64,000 bases of DNA from an uncultured cyanobacterium (GCA_963719515.1 CAVRCJ010000001.1:1-64000), one strand, 5' to 3'. Shown: positions 39,168 through 50,439, counted from the first letter of the stretch. Notes: a model not told the origin generated them from the sequence alone. Numbers and translations: made by a program.

Positions 39168-41537
39168 ATGTCCCATCCCAAGCCTCAGTCCAACAGCAAA
39201 TCTAACTCGCAGCAGGATGGCCGCGGGGCCAGCGCCAAAGGTACGGCTGAGACGAAGGCAAAAAGCGAGGCAAAGGCCAAGAGCGAGGCCAAGACCAGCG
39301 CCAAGTCTAAAGGGTCCGAGGCGTCTGGCCGCACTGACGGTAAAAATTCAGATGCGGTGAGCCCGGCTCAAGCCAGAGCAGTTCAGTCTCCTGGCCCATC
39401 AGATTCACTCAGTAACCCGAACTTCTTCTTCAACCGAGAGCTGAGCTGGCTTGAGTTCAACTACCGTGTGCTCTACGAAGCGTTTGATGAGCGCACGCCT
39501 TTGCTAGAGCGGCTGAAGTTTATGGCGATCGTCAGCTCTAACCTGGACGAATTCTTTATGGTGCGGGTGGCGGGCCTGCAGCAGCAGGTGGAAGCTGGCG
39601 TCGAGACCATCACCCCCGACGGGCGCACGCCGCGACAGCAGCTCAGCGACATTGGCGATCGCCTCCATCCAATGATGGCCCAGCAGCACGACTGTTTTGA
39701 AAACGTCTTGCGCCCCCAGATGGCAGAGCAGGGAATTTTCCTGCTGTCCTACAGCGAGCTCAGCTATAGCGACCTCAACGAGGACCAAAAGCAGTATCTG
39801 CGACGTCACTTTGAAGAGCAAATCTTTCCGGTGCTGACGCCGCTGGCGGTTGATCCGGGTCATCCCTTCCCCTACATCTCAAACTTGAGCTTGAACCTCG
39901 CTGTGCTGATGCGAGATCCGAAAACTAAAGCAGAGCGCTTTGCTCGGGTTAAAGTACCGCCGTCTCGCTTTGTTGTATTTCCCCCTGGGCTGTGCAGACA
40001 CCTCACACCCGATAAGCCAGTGATTTGGGCCGGCATTTTGCTTGAGGAGGTGATTGCCCACAATCTGGATATTCTCTTTCGCGGTATGGAGATTCAGCAG
40101 TACTGCTTCTTCCGCCTGACGCGCAATGCCGACCTAGAGGTTGAAGAAGACGAGGCGGACGATTTACTTTTGGCTATTGAGAAAGAGCTGCGCAAGCGGC
40201 GGCTCGGCGGTTCAGCCGTTCGGCTGGAGATTCAGGCAGACGCGCCGAGGTTTGTGCGTGAAACGCTGATCCGCGAGCTAGAGCTGCCGGAGAACGCCAT
40301 CTACGCTATACAGGGCATGATCGGGCTTGGGCATCTCATGGAGCTGCTCGGACTACCGCTACCCGAGCTTAAGGACGCGCCGTGGCAGCCGGTGGTGCCG
40401 TCTCGCCTACAAAATAACGGCAGCCTGTTTGAGGAAAACGCCGCCGAAGACAGCCGCAGCTTGTTTTCAGAAATTCGGCATCAGGATTTAATGGTGCACC
40501 ATCCCTATCATTCCTTCCCCGCGACGGTGCAGCGGTTTGTGACCCAGTCAGCCCTCGACCCCAACGTACTGGCGATCAAAATGACCCTCTACCGGACCTC
40601 TGGCGATTCTCCCATCGTCAACGCGCTAATTCGAGCTGCGGAGCACGGCAAGCAGGTTGTGGCCTTGGTGGAGCTGAAGGCCCGATTTGACGAGGAGAAT
40701 AATATTGTCTGGGCCCGGAAGCTAGAGCGCTCTGGCGTGCATGTGGTCTATGGCCTAGTGGGCCTGAAAACCCACACCAAAATTGTGCTGGTCGTCCGTA
40801 AAAAAGACGATCGCATTCGGCGCTACGTCCACATCGGAACGGGAAACTATAATCCTAAAACGGCTCGCCTCTATACTGACCTAGGACTATTTACCTGTGA
40901 TCAAGAACTAGGAGCTGACCTTTCGGAGCTGTTTAACCACCTCACCGGCTACTCCCGGCAAGAAAACTACCGCAAGCTCCTCGTTGCCCCCGTAAGCTTG
41001 CGCAAGCGGATGATGAAGATGATCGAAGAGGAGGCTGAGCACGCTCGGGCGGGGAAAACTGCCGTTATTCAGGCCAAGATGAACGCCCTGGTGGATCCTG
41101 AAATTATTCAGGCGCTCTATCGGGCCTCCCAGGCAGGAGTGCAAATTGACTTAGTGGTGCGGGGTATCTGCTGCCTGCGTCCTGGAATTGAGGGCCTCAG
41201 CGCCACCATCCGCGTCGTCAGCGTTGTGGGCCGCTTTTTAGAGCACTCTCGCATTTTCTATTTTTATAATCAAGGAGAGGAGCGCTTTTACTTAGGCAGC
41301 GCAGACTGGATGCCGCGTAACCTCGATCGTCGCGTCGAAGCCGTAACGCCCATTGAGGATCCAGACATTGCGGCTCAGCTCAAACAAGTCCTTACGATCA
41401 TGCTAGAGGACAATCGCCACGCCTGGGAGCTGCAGTCCGATGGGTCGTACCAGCAGCGCAGACCGGCGGAGGGAGAGCCAAGTCGCAGCTCTCAGCATAT
41501 CTTTATGCAAAAGGCGCTCGCGGGTCAGCTCGACTAA
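39168..41537 (+). CDS. ppk1: Polyphosphate kinase 1 with low-complexity N-terminal extension
   Basis: NRELSWLEFN, SNLDEFFMVRV, HHPYHSF, ELKARFDE, RFLEHSRI, SADWMPRNL. Confidence 0.96.
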   Translation: MSHPKPQSNSKSNSQQDGRGASAKGTAETKAKSEAKAKSEAKTSAKSKGSEASGRTDGKNSDAVSPAQARAVQSPGPSDSLSNPNFFFNRELSWLEFNYRVLYEAFDERTPLLERLKFMAIVSSNLDEFFMVRVAGLQQQVEAGVETITPDGRTPRQQLSDIGDRLHPMMAQQHDCFENVLRPQMAEQGIFLLSYSELSYSDLNEDQKQYLRRHFEEQIFPVLTPLAVDPGHPFPYISNLSLNLAVLMRDPKTKAERFARVKVPPSRFVVFPPGLCRHLTPDKPVIWAGILLEEVIAHNLDILFRGMEIQQYCFFRLTRNADLEVEEDEADDLLLAIEKELRKRRLGGSAVRLEIQADAPRFVRETLIRELELPENAIYAIQGMIGLGHLMELLGLPLPELKDAPWQPVVPSRLQNNGSLFEENAAEDSRSLFSEIRHQDLMVHHPYHSFPATVQRFVTQSALDPNVLAIKMTLYRTSGDSPIVNALIRAAEHGKQVVALVELKARFDEENNIVWARKLERSGVHVVYGLVGLKTHTKIVLVVRKKDDRIRRYVHIGTGNYNPKTARLYTDLGLFTCDQELGADLSELFNHLTGYSRQENYRKLLVAPVSLRKRMMKMIEEEAEHARAGKTAVIQAKMNALVDPEIIQALYRASQAGVQIDLVVRGICCLRPGIEGLSATIRVVSVVGRFLEHSRIFYFYNQGEERFYLGSADWMPRNLDRRVEAVTPIEDPDIAAQLKQVLTIMLEDNRHAWELQSDGSYQQRRPAEGEPSRSSQHIFMQKALAGQLD

Positions 41538-41935
41538 ACCACCCCCAGGCCTCGGCGAGCTCTAGCCGCCTGTAGGATTGAGGTGAATACCTCCTCATCT
41601 AGCGGCTCGACCAAGCAGCCGTCGAGCATCGAGTCATTGGGTTGGAGAAACATTTCAGAGGCCTGCTCTCCAGTGTTCTCAGACAGCGCCAGGACAGTCC
41701 CTCCAAACTCATTGACGAGCTTTCCAACTCGAGAAGAAAAGTCGATAGGCCACCCTTGGCAAGGACCGACCAAAATAACGAGATAGGGATGCAGCTGCGT
41801 GAGATGATCGAAAAACTGGTCTGGAGAATTGGTAATTAGCATGCGGCAGCTCCACATTTCAAGCAATGGCTCGAACCGCCTTATCTCGTTTTCCTGCTGT
41901 TCGAGAACCAAAATACAATCATAGGAAGGAGTCAT
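41534..41935 (-). CDS. Atypical single receiver-like domain protein
   Basis: CheY-like pattern (ILVLE.., HPYLVIL, VLALS, DGCLVEPL) lacking the phospho-acceptor Asp and conserved Lys. Confidence 0.55.
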   Translation of the reverse strand: MTPSYDCILVLEQQENEIRRFEPLLEMWSCRMLITNSPDQFFDHLTQLHPYLVILVGPCQGWPIDFSSRVGKLVNEFGGTVLALSENTGEQASEMFLQPNDSMLDGCLVEPLDEEVFTSILQAARARRGLGVV

Positions 41936-42567
41936 TATGCTTCTGTATTACACCTAGATAGAGCTCAACAAGCCAGACTCAGTGCTTGCTTGAATTTAGT
42001 ATTTAACGCATCAGCCTCATGGTATCGCTGTTCAGGCGAGGCTAAATTCAATCAGGTAGGGACAAGAGGTTATACAATGCAAGCGTTCTATGGCTGCTGC
42101 TGCAAGGTTTCTAACTCGCTCAGCTTTGAGTTGATTTAAGATTTAGGTTACGTTACTTAATAAGTAATTGGTGAAAAATTGCCCAGGTAGAGCACTTTTT
42201 TTTAGGCGCTTTCAAAGCCTCTATACATGGGAGCCTGTTACCTTTGCAAAGGAGGCAGAAGGGCCCACTCTTCGAGAAGAGCAGAGCTCTATATCCCCCA
42301 GTCCCTTTGCCAAAATCTAATACTGCTGGCGAAATATTTCGTCATGGTATTTGACGTTTTGGAGACTCCCTCCACCCCCAATCCTAGAGAGACTCAGAGA
42401 AGCCCGATCTCCCTGATATCATTTGCTTCTGGGAATCCGAGATTCAGCTCCTGCTCCCTCAAGCCTGGGGTCGTGGTGGCCGCTTCGAGCGGAAAACATC
42501 AGGCATATTGCGGGAAATGAACCTCGCCAGCAGTCTCAAATCTGAGAGAAGGAGGCCCAAGAAGTTC

Positions 42568-42599
42568 AAAGCCCTCCTCTAACCCTGAGAGAGGGCTTT
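42568..42599. terminator. Intergenic hairpin
   Basis: AAAGCCCTC...GAGGGCTTT inverted repeat. Confidence 0.4.
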
Positions 42600-42923
42600 A
42601 GGATAAGAGCTCAAAAGCGGCAGGCTCCCCTCTATACTTCTGATTCAGGGCGGGACTTATTTATGCATTCAGTCCGATAGACTTTTGAGAGATTGTATGC
42701 GGTTTAGAGCAGTAAACCTCAAAACTCAGCTAAAGCCTTTGAATCAGAACTTTAGGCCCAGAACCCCAAGCTAGGCGGGCTGAGCGGGAATAGCTTAAAC
42801 CCCACAAAGCTTCTCCGATCCCAACAGGCGCGATCGCGGACGGCATCCGCAATTTTCCGGATATCTGCTAGGGTTCGATGAAAAGTTTTGGGAAACGATC
42901 GCTAGCTCTGTATAACCTGTACC

Positions 42924-43631
42924 ATGCTGTTCGCCACTGAAAATTTGCCGTACTGGATATTTCTGGGACTAGGCAGCGCACTATTCCTGATTACCTTTTT
43001 TGGCAGCAAGACTCACGACGCGTCCGCTGACGCTACCCGTAACCCTAGCTCCGGACCAAATCGTGCCGAAGTATTGCCGAACGATGTAGTGCCGCGCGCT
43101 AACAACGCGACTCAGTCTGTGCTGCCAAGCAAACCTCGCAGGCCCTACAGCCCCCTCGTGCTGAGACTAGCCCTCAATCTGACGCTTTGGGGGCTGATTG
43201 GCTGGATAGTGAACGTCATCTTTGGCCTGCTCCAAGGCTCCCTGCCTCAGAATCTGCTCCAGGTTGGCATTTTGAGCATCACTCTGATTGCAGCATTAGC
43301 GCTCAGCCAGTCGCTGATGTCGCCTATTGGCTGGGTCATCACCTCTCGCCGCAAGACGGACAATCTGGATCACCTTGTGGGCTGTACGGGCACGGTCAGC
43401 TCTGACTCTCTCCGCCGGCTTCAGGAGGGAACGGCTCAGATCAACGTCGTCGACCCGACGGGCAGCGCGTTAACCGTCAACGCTGCGCTTCCGGACTGGG
43501 CTACGATTGCCCCCCAGCAGGGGGACTCCGTGACGCTTATTGAGCGACTGCCTGATGCCCACCTTTACTATGCCGTTGCGACGGACAGCGCAGACCAGGA
43601 TCACTGGCTTAAGCAGACCGCCGCAATATAA
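42924..43631 (+). CDS. YqiJ/NfeD-like membrane protein with C-terminal OB fold
   Basis: NLPYWIFLG.G N-terminus, TM helices, LVGCTGTV..AQINV.D..G. Confidence 0.65.
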   Translation: MLFATENLPYWIFLGLGSALFLITFFGSKTHDASADATRNPSSGPNRAEVLPNDVVPRANNATQSVLPSKPRRPYSPLVLRLALNLTLWGLIGWIVNVIFGLLQGSLPQNLLQVGILSITLIAALALSQSLMSPIGWVITSRRKTDNLDHLVGCTGTVSSDSLRRLQEGTAQINVVDPTGSALTVNAALPDWATIAPQQGDSVTLIERLPDAHLYYAVATDSADQDHWLKQTAAI

Positions 43632-43817
43632 CCGTAGCCTGACGCTGTTGGTAAATTAGAAGAATTGCTGTATTTGTGTCTTAGGGCTATTTGCGATCGC
43701 CTGTATTAGCATATACTTGTACTGCAAAATCAAAGCCATGCTGGAAAACTTTGTTTGGCCAAGGCAAGGTTTAATGCACTCGCGTATACCTATACTCTGT
43801 TATCGCCCTGCTGCCCA

Positions 43818-46800
43818 GTGATTCCACTGCGCCTCACCCTCACCAATTTTTTGAGCTACCGGCAGGCTACCTTAGATTTCGGTGGTCTCCATGTGGCCTG
43901 CGTGTGCGGGGCCAACGGAGCGGGAAAGTCGTCCCTACTGGAGGCGATCGCCTGGGCGGTGTGGGGGCAAAGCCGCGCTTCCTCAGAGGACAACGTTATC
44001 CATCTGGGTGAAGCTGAGGCTCGGGTAGACTTCACCTTTCGCTGCCACGAGCACACCTACCGCATTGTCCGCGCCCGCTACCGCGCCCAGGCCAGCTCTC
44101 TTGAGTTCCAAATTCAGACCTCAAGCGGCTATCGGGTATTGACGGGTAGAGGGCTGCGGGCCACCCAGCAGCTCATTCAGCAGCACATCCGTCTCGACTA
44201 CGACACGTTTGTCAATTCGTCATACCTCCGTCAGGGGCGAGCAGACGAGTTTATGCTCAAGCGCCCCAGCGAGCGGAAGCGTATTCTAGCCGACCTCCTG
44301 AAGCTTGAGCAATATGATCAGCTCTCAGAACGGGCCAGGGACAAAGTCCGTCAGCTCAGGGCAGAGGCGGCCGTGCTAGAGCAATCGATTGAGCAGATGA
44401 CGCAGCACCTGAACCAAGAAGCGATCGCCAGCCAGCAGCTACAGCTACAGCAGGCCCATGATGCCCTGCAGCAAAGCTTTTTTGAGGTGGCTCAGCAGAT
44501 CCAGACTTTACAGCAGCAGGCCCAGCAGCGGGCCGCTTGGCAACAAGAATACGCGCTGCGACGCCAGGCCCGAGAGCAGCTAGAGGCAGACTGCGATCGG
44601 TTAGAGATAGAGCTGCGGCGGCTGGAGGCGCAGGTGCAAGAGCGGCGGCTAGTGGTTGACGACGCTGCGGCGATCGTCGCTGCCTACGCCCAATATAAAG
44701 CGCTGCAGAGCGAAGAGGCTGACCAAACCTGCCGTATGCAGGCTCATCAAATGGCGCTGCAGGAGCAGCGCGCCCGTCAGGATGAGCAGCGCGCCCTAGT
44801 GCAGACCTTCACCGATCGGCTTCAGCGAGTCCAGATGCAGCTCGAAGCGGTGGCCCAGCAAACCGAGGACCTTGCCCCTATCTTTGCGAAAGCCGAGCGC
44901 ATTGAAGTCGGTCTAGAGCGGCTGGTTCAGGCCCGCGCCAAGCTAGCAGCTCTAGACCAGAGGCAGCTCGAGGTGGACCCCCTGCTGCAGCGGCGACGGC
45001 AAATTCAGGGGCAGCTCGACCAGCAGCGTGTCCGGCTGGCCACCCGCTTGGAAGAGCTGCAGCAGGCACTAGCCCAAACTCAGCAGCAGGCCCAGCAAAC
45101 CCAGCTTCAAGAGGCAATTCAGCAAACCCAGCAGCACCTTCAGCACCTTCAGCAGCGGCGGGCCTACCAAGAGCGGGTGCGCGAGCGAGGCCTAGAGCGG
45201 CGGCGCTTCATGGATAGGCTTCAGGAGCAGCAGCGGGATGTCGAGCGACAGATGGGGTTGCTAGAGCAAAAGATGGGTTTTTTGCTGCCAGCGGGGAAGC
45301 CAGCAGAGGGGCTGCCAAACGGCCTAGAGCAGGAACCCGTAGATGGGCTCAATGTCCCTTGTCCCCTGTGCGATCGCCCCTTGGATGAACCCCATCGCCA
45401 GCAGCTGCTAGCTCAGCACCAAGAGGAACAGCGCGATTTGTTGGCCCAACTGTGGACCACGCGGGAGCAGCTCTCAGCGTCGGACCGAGAAATTCAGGTA
45501 ATGCGGCAGGAGTACCGGCAGGTAGAAAAAGAGCTGGAGGCCTATGAAGAGGTAATTGAGCACAGCGGTCAGCTCAAGGCCCGCATCCTCAGCGCCACCG
45601 ACGCGGAAGCGCGGCTCAACGCCCTACGCCATGAGCAGCAGCAGCTCCAGCAACAGCTGCAAACCCAGGCTTACGGCACTGACCTCATTGACGAGCTACA
45701 GGCCATCGATCAGCAGCTGCAGGCGGTAAACTACGACGATCGCTCCCACGCGCTTGCCCGTGGTGAGGTCGACCGCTGGCGCTGGGCCGACGTCAAGCAG
45801 GCAGAACTGCGTCGGGCGGAGCGGCAGCGGCAGCAGCTGAGCGAGCGGCAGCAGCAGCTGTCGGCTCAGGCAGACGCCCTGTCGACGGCGCTAGAAGCGC
45901 AGGCCGCCTCCGAGCTCCAGCAGGCCATCGACCAACTGGCCCAGAAAGTGGCTGCGATCGCCTATGATGCCCAGCACCACAGGAACCTGCGGCAGCCGCT
46001 GACCCAGCTCCAGCCCTGGGTTTTGCGCCATCAGGCCCTGCAGCAAGCCCAAGCCGAGCTCCCGGATCTGCAGGCCCGCTACCAGGCGCTGATGACAGAG
46101 CAAGAGCGCCGCATCTGCGCCCTGCAGGACGCCCACAATCAGGTGGAACAGCTGGGCCAACTGCTGCAGCGGCCCGACAGCTCAGAAGAGCTGCAGGCTC
46201 TAGAGCAGGGGCAGCGGCAGCGCCGTCAGCAGCTTGATACTCAGCTGGCGCAGCTCGGTCAACTGCAGGCGCAACTACAGCAGCAGGCCCAGCTGCAGCG
46301 GCGTTACGAGGAAGCGGTGGTCCAACAGCAAATCCAGCGGCATCAGGTCTGGGTCTATGATGAGCTGGCCCACGCCTTTGGCAAAAACGGCATTCAGGCG
46401 CTGATGATCGAAAATGTACTGCCCCAGCTGGAGGCGGACGCTAACCGAATTCTGGGGCGGCTGAGCGCCAATCAGCTGCATTTGCAGTTTGTCACTCAGC
46501 GCGCCAGCAAGACAAAAACCCGAGGACAGGCCAAGCTCATCGATACCCTCGATATCCTAATTGCCGATACCCAAGGTACTCGGCCCTACGAGACCTACTC
46601 CGGGGGGGAGACCTTTCGGGTCAATTTCGCCATTCGGCTGGCGATCGCCCGTCTGCTGGCCCAGCGCTCAGGAACGCCGCTGCAAATGCTGATTATCGAT
46701 GAGGGGTTTGGCACTCAAGACGCAGCGGGCTGCGATCGCTTAATTGGTGCTATCAATGCGATCGCAGCTGACTTTTCCTGCGTGTTGACCGTCACCCACG

Positions 46801-46883
46801 TGCCCTACCTCAAGGAAGCGTTTCAGGCGCGGATTGAGGTGAGTAAGACGGGGCAGGGATCACAGCTGCAGCTGGTGACCTGA
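43818..46883 (+). CDS. sbcC: SbcC/Rad50 SMC-family ATPase
   Basis: GANGAGKSS Walker A, CPLC zinc hook, long coiled coil, YSGGE signature, IIDEGFG. Confidence 0.93.
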   Translation: MIPLRLTLTNFLSYRQATLDFGGLHVACVCGANGAGKSSLLEAIAWAVWGQSRASSEDNVIHLGEAEARVDFTFRCHEHTYRIVRARYRAQASSLEFQIQTSSGYRVLTGRGLRATQQLIQQHIRLDYDTFVNSSYLRQGRADEFMLKRPSERKRILADLLKLEQYDQLSERARDKVRQLRAEAAVLEQSIEQMTQHLNQEAIASQQLQLQQAHDALQQSFFEVAQQIQTLQQQAQQRAAWQQEYALRRQAREQLEADCDRLEIELRRLEAQVQERRLVVDDAAAIVAAYAQYKALQSEEADQTCRMQAHQMALQEQRARQDEQRALVQTFTDRLQRVQMQLEAVAQQTEDLAPIFAKAERIEVGLERLVQARAKLAALDQRQLEVDPLLQRRRQIQGQLDQQRVRLATRLEELQQALAQTQQQAQQTQLQEAIQQTQQHLQHLQQRRAYQERVRERGLERRRFMDRLQEQQRDVERQMGLLEQKMGFLLPAGKPAEGLPNGLEQEPVDGLNVPCPLCDRPLDEPHRQQLLAQHQEEQRDLLAQLWTTREQLSASDREIQVMRQEYRQVEKELEAYEEVIEHSGQLKARILSATDAEARLNALRHEQQQLQQQLQTQAYGTDLIDELQAIDQQLQAVNYDDRSHALARGEVDRWRWADVKQAELRRAERQRQQLSERQQQLSAQADALSTALEAQAASELQQAIDQLAQKVAAIAYDAQHHRNLRQPLTQLQPWVLRHQALQQAQAELPDLQARYQALMTEQERRICALQDAHNQVEQLGQLLQRPDSSEELQALEQGQRQRRQQLDTQLAQLGQLQAQLQQQAQLQRRYEEAVVQQQIQRHQVWVYDELAHAFGKNGIQALMIENVLPQLEADANRILGRLSANQLHLQFVTQRASKTKTRGQAKLIDTLDILIADTQGTRPYETYSGGETFRVNFAIRLAIARLLAQRSGTPLQMLIIDEGFGTQDAAGCDRLIGAINAIAADFSCVLTVTHVPYLKEAFQARIEVSKTGQGSQLQLVT

Positions 46884-46884
46884 G

Positions 46885-47355
46885 CTAACCTACCGGCTTG
46901 ACCCGCATCAGCGGCTGATCAAATTCGATTGGCTCACCGTTCTCCACCAAAATCTCCACCACCTCGCCGCTGATTTCGGCCTCTAGCTCATTCATGAGCT
47001 TCATCGCTTCAATGATGCAGATGGTCTGACCTTTGGTAATGCGATCGCCAACGCTGACAAACGGCGGTTCATCGGGGGCAGGAGAGCGATAAAAGGTTCC
47101 CACCATCGGGGAAGAGACCTCTGCTAGGTCTGACTCTAGGCGCGAGGGGGGAGCAGCAGGCGGGATAGACGCAGTCAGAGGCTCTATCGGCCGCATCACG
47201 GTAGGAATAACGCTATCGCTTGGAAGGCTAGAGGTTGTTCCTATACCCCGACGTACCGTCAGCTCAAAGTCACCGCTTTTGAGCGTCAGCTCCTCGATAT
47301 CCGTTTGATTGAGTGCTGCTAGCAGCTCGCTCAGCTCAGTAATATTCAAATCCAC
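46885..47355 (-). CDS. accB: Acetyl-CoA carboxylase biotin carboxyl carrier protein
   Basis: SPMVGTFYR, EAMKLMNE. Confidence 0.96.
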   Translation of the reverse strand: MDLNITELSELLAALNQTDIEELTLKSGDFELTVRRGIGTTSSLPSDSVIPTVMRPIEPLTASIPPAAPPSRLESDLAEVSSPMVGTFYRSPAPDEPPFVSVGDRITKGQTICIIEAMKLMNELEAEISGEVVEILVENGEPIEFDQPLMRVKPVG

Positions 47356-47433
47356 AGCTTCTTTCCAAACTAACGCTCACCCCATCTGCCCGCTATCGCC
47401 AGGGCTATTCACCCTTGCGTCAGAGCCTCGAAA

Positions 47434-47994
47434 CTAAGTCTCGCGACCTAGGTAGGAATCATTTCGCGTGTCGATCTTGATTCGCTCTCCTCTGGAGATA
47501 AACAGCGGCACCATAACCTGGGCCCCCGTTTCGACAGTGGCGGGCTTAGTGCCTCCCGTTGCCGTATCGCCCTTGACGCCTGGGTCAGTTTCAGTAACTT
47601 CGAGAACGACTGAGTTGGGCAGCTCGACTTCGATTACCTGCTCGTTCCAGCGCACCACGTTCACCTCCATACCCTCATTGAGGTACTTAACGCGATCGCC
47701 AATTTGGTCAACCGATAGGCGATTTTCTTCGTAGGTTTCCATGTCCATAAAGACAAACTGGTCGCCCTCTTTGTAAGTGTGCTGCATGACGCTCTTGTCG
47801 ATGATGGCCTGCGGCACCGTCTCACCCGCTCGAAAGGTTCGCTCGACCACGCTGCCCGTCTGAGCATTTTTGAGCTTGGTCCGCACGAAGGCGGAGCCTT
47901 TTCCGGGTTTGACGTGGAGAAACTCTACGACTCGCCAGACTGCGCCATCCAGCTCAATGCTGGTACCGGTACGAAAGTCGTTGCTGGAGATCAT
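47434..47994 (-). CDS. efp: Elongation factor P
   Basis: [20 protein letters not shown]. Confidence 0.97.
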   Translation of the reverse strand: MISSNDFRTGTSIELDGAVWRVVEFLHVKPGKGSAFVRTKLKNAQTGSVVERTFRAGETVPQAIIDKSVMQHTYKEGDQFVFMDMETYEENRLSVDQIGDRVKYLNEGMEVNVVRWNEQVIEVELPNSVVLEVTETDPGVKGDTATGGTKPATVETGAQVMVPLFISRGERIKIDTRNDSYLGRET

Positions 47995-48228
47995 GAATCT
48001 TTCGGAGGAGTAATCGGCAATTCATTTTACCTCTGTTGGGGCCGGTGCTTCATCTTTCAGTCCAACGGATTTTGGGGAGTGCCACCCTCGCCATCTTGTT
48101 TCGGACCAGAGGCCAAGCCTGTGGGAAGATAAGAGACATCCACTCCAACGGTGTTCGCCCTAACCTGTGCTGATAGGGCCGTACTCAAATAGACAAAATT
48201 ATCTGGCGTGTCGCTCGAAACTATTCCC

Positions 48229-49431
48229 ATGGTAGAGAACCCTAAAACTGTCCAGGCTACGTCTTCCCCAGACGCCCTGCAGAAGCGTTGGCTCAAGGCT
48301 TACCTGAGCTGGGCTGTGTCGCTGTGTGTTGTCCTTTTTGGGTGTAGCGCCCCTGCGATCGCATCAGAGCTGTCTGGTCCAAACTTTTTTGATCTAAGTT
48401 CCAGTCTGGGCTCTAGTCTGGTGGTCGGTGCCCTACCGCCGGGGGATGCTATTACCGACGGCAAGGCGCTGCTCCGCTATGCCCTGCCTATCGACAATCA
48501 GCCCATTCGCGAGGTTCAGCGGGAGATCGAAAGCATCTCCGAGCGACTGCGAATTCAGGGAACGCGGTCTGTCGCAGGCCTCAAGCGCAACGTCAAGCGA
48601 GCCAAAAACGCCATGCGGAGACCCGAGCGCATCTTAGCGGCGGTGCCTGCCGAGAGTGAGCTGGAGGCTAAGCAGCTGCTAGATAAGGTGCGCACCGGAC
48701 TTGCTGACCTAGAAACCTATGCGGAGGAGCGGGACAAAGAGGCGATCTGGCTTAAGCGCGCCGAAATGCTGGGACAGATTGGGCAAATTGAACAGCTGAT
48801 GGTCGCTAAAGAGCCCTTTGAGGTGCCGGAAGAGTATGACGGCCTGCCTCAGCTTCACGGACGCGCCACCGTGAAGCTGGTGACCAATAAAGGCCCAATG
48901 CTAATCACCGTGGATGGATACAACGCCCCCGTCACTGCCGGAAACTTTATTGATCTGGTGCAGCGGGGATTCTACGACGGTCTTCCAGTAGTCCGTGAAG
49001 AAGAGTTTTACGTCGTGCAGATGGGCGATCCCGATGGCCCAGACGATGGTTTCGTTGACCCCGACACGGGCGAGGCGCGCACTGTCCCCATGGAAATTGC
49101 CGTTAAGGACGGCGAGCCAGTCTATGGCATGACCCTGGAGCAGGCGGGTCTATACCTCGCAGACCCGGTATTGCCCTTTGCCGCCTATGGGACCCTGGCC
49201 ATGGCTCGTCCCGATAGCGACCCTAATGGCGGCTCGTCTCAGTTTTTCTTTCTTCGATTTGAGTCGGAGCTGACGCCCGCTGGCATCAATCTACTGGACG
49301 GACGCTATGCGGTATTTGGCTACGTCACCGAGAACAGCGAGGTGCTCGACGGGCTGCGGGTCGGCGATCGCATCGAGTCGATTACGGTCGTTGACGGGGC
49401 GGAAAATCTCCTGCAGCCTCAGGCGGCCTAA
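48229..49431 (+). CDS. Cyclophilin-type PPIase, TLP40/CYP38-like; start uncertain
   Basis: ALLRYALPI helical domain; DGYNAPVTAGNF, GTLAMAR, SSQFF, LDGRYAVFGYV. Confidence 0.88.
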   Translation: MVENPKTVQATSSPDALQKRWLKAYLSWAVSLCVVLFGCSAPAIASELSGPNFFDLSSSLGSSLVVGALPPGDAITDGKALLRYALPIDNQPIREVQREIESISERLRIQGTRSVAGLKRNVKRAKNAMRRPERILAAVPAESELEAKQLLDKVRTGLADLETYAEERDKEAIWLKRAEMLGQIGQIEQLMVAKEPFEVPEEYDGLPQLHGRATVKLVTNKGPMLITVDGYNAPVTAGNFIDLVQRGFYDGLPVVREEEFYVVQMGDPDGPDDGFVDPDTGEARTVPMEIAVKDGEPVYGMTLEQAGLYLADPVLPFAAYGTLAMARPDSDPNGGSSQFFFLRFESELTPAGINLLDGRYAVFGYVTENSEVLDGLRVGDRIESITVVDGAENLLQPQAA

Positions 49432-49452
49432 CTTCTGTCGCATCTGGGCGTC

Positions 49453-50439
49453 GTGCGGGTCGCCGACTTAGGGGAACAGGCGCTTCTGCGCCGGCTGCAC
49501 CGCTTCTGTCCGGCGTCGGTGGTGGGAGACGACGCTGCCCTGCTGTCCGTTCCCGCAGGGCAAACCCTTGTGGTTACCACCGACGCCCTCGTCGATGGGG
49601 TCCACTTTGCCCTAGGCCGAGTCTCAGACCTAGTGACCATGACCGCAGTAGATGCAGGCTGGCGGGCCATGGCGGCCAATCTGTCGGACTTAGCGGCCAT
49701 GGGGGCAGCCCCCCTCGGCGTCACCGTAGGGCTAGGCCTACCGGCTGACCTGCCGGTGGCGGCAGTGGAAGAAATCTACCAGGGGCTCACCCAATGTCTC
49801 GCGCCTCACGGCGGAGTCATTTTGGGGGGCGACCTGCATCGCTCCCCTGTAGTGTCCCTGTGCATCACTGCCTTAGGATCGGTTCAGCCCTGTCAGGCTA
49901 TCCGTCGCTCCGGAGCTCAGGTCGGCGATGCCATTGTCGTTACAGGAAGCCATGGGCGATCGCGGGTAGGGCTGGAGCTGCTGCTCAACCCGAAGCTACG
50001 GACCAGGGCGCAGGCGGACGCTGACCCCTATCTTCAGGCTCACCGACGACCAATCCCGCGCCTGGATGCGGTGCCCATCCTGCATCAGCTCGCGGTTCGC
50101 ACCGGTATGGACAGCAGCGATGGCCTTGCTGATGCTGTCCTGCAGCTTTGCCGCAGCAGCGGCGTGGGGGCCCAGCTCGAGCAAGCCGCTATTCCCTATC
50201 CGAAGGCGAGCTGGCTATCAGACGAGCAGGCGCTTTACTGGGCGCTCTACGGCGGGGAAGACTTTGAGCTGGTGCTCTGCCTCTCTCCCGAAAAGGCAGA
50301 GCAGCTCACCCAGTCGCTCGACGAGGCCGTAGTGGTTGGTAAAGTTGTCGCAGGCGCTGAAGTTTTTCTGACTAACGAGCGGGGACAGCCGGTTCAGCAA
50401 CTGTCACTGGAGCAAGGATTTCAGCACTTCTCCAAATAA
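49453..50439 (+). CDS. thiL: Thiamine-monophosphate kinase
   Basis: GDDAA, NLSDLAAMG, DSSDGL, GGEDFEL. Confidence 0.93.
   Translation: MRVADLGEQALLRRLHRFCPASVVGDDAALLSVPAGQTLVVTTDALVDGVHFALGRVSDLVTMTAVDAGWRAMAANLSDLAAMGAAPLGVTVGLGLPADLPVAAVEEIYQGLTQCLAPHGGVILGGDLHRSPVVSLCITALGSVQPCQAIRRSGAQVGDAIVVTGSHGRSRVGLELLLNPKLRTRAQADADPYLQAHRRPIPRLDAVPILHQLAVRTGMDSSDGLADAVLQLCRSSGVGAQLEQAAIPYPKASWLSDEQALYWALYGGEDFELVLCLSPEKAEQLTQSLDEAVVVGKVVAGAEVFLTNERGQPVQQLSLEQGFQHFSK

Noticed and set aside
39230..39320. AKAKSE-type repeats at the ppk1 N-terminus
   Set aside because: Ordinary low-complexity linker; no evidence of a separate element
43705..43725. LexA box upstream of sbcC
   Set aside because: Only one GTACT half-site; spacing does not fit the cyanobacterial consensus
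44400..46340. Dense CAG runs in sbcC
   Set aside because: Explained by a Gln-rich coiled coil, not a DNA repeat array
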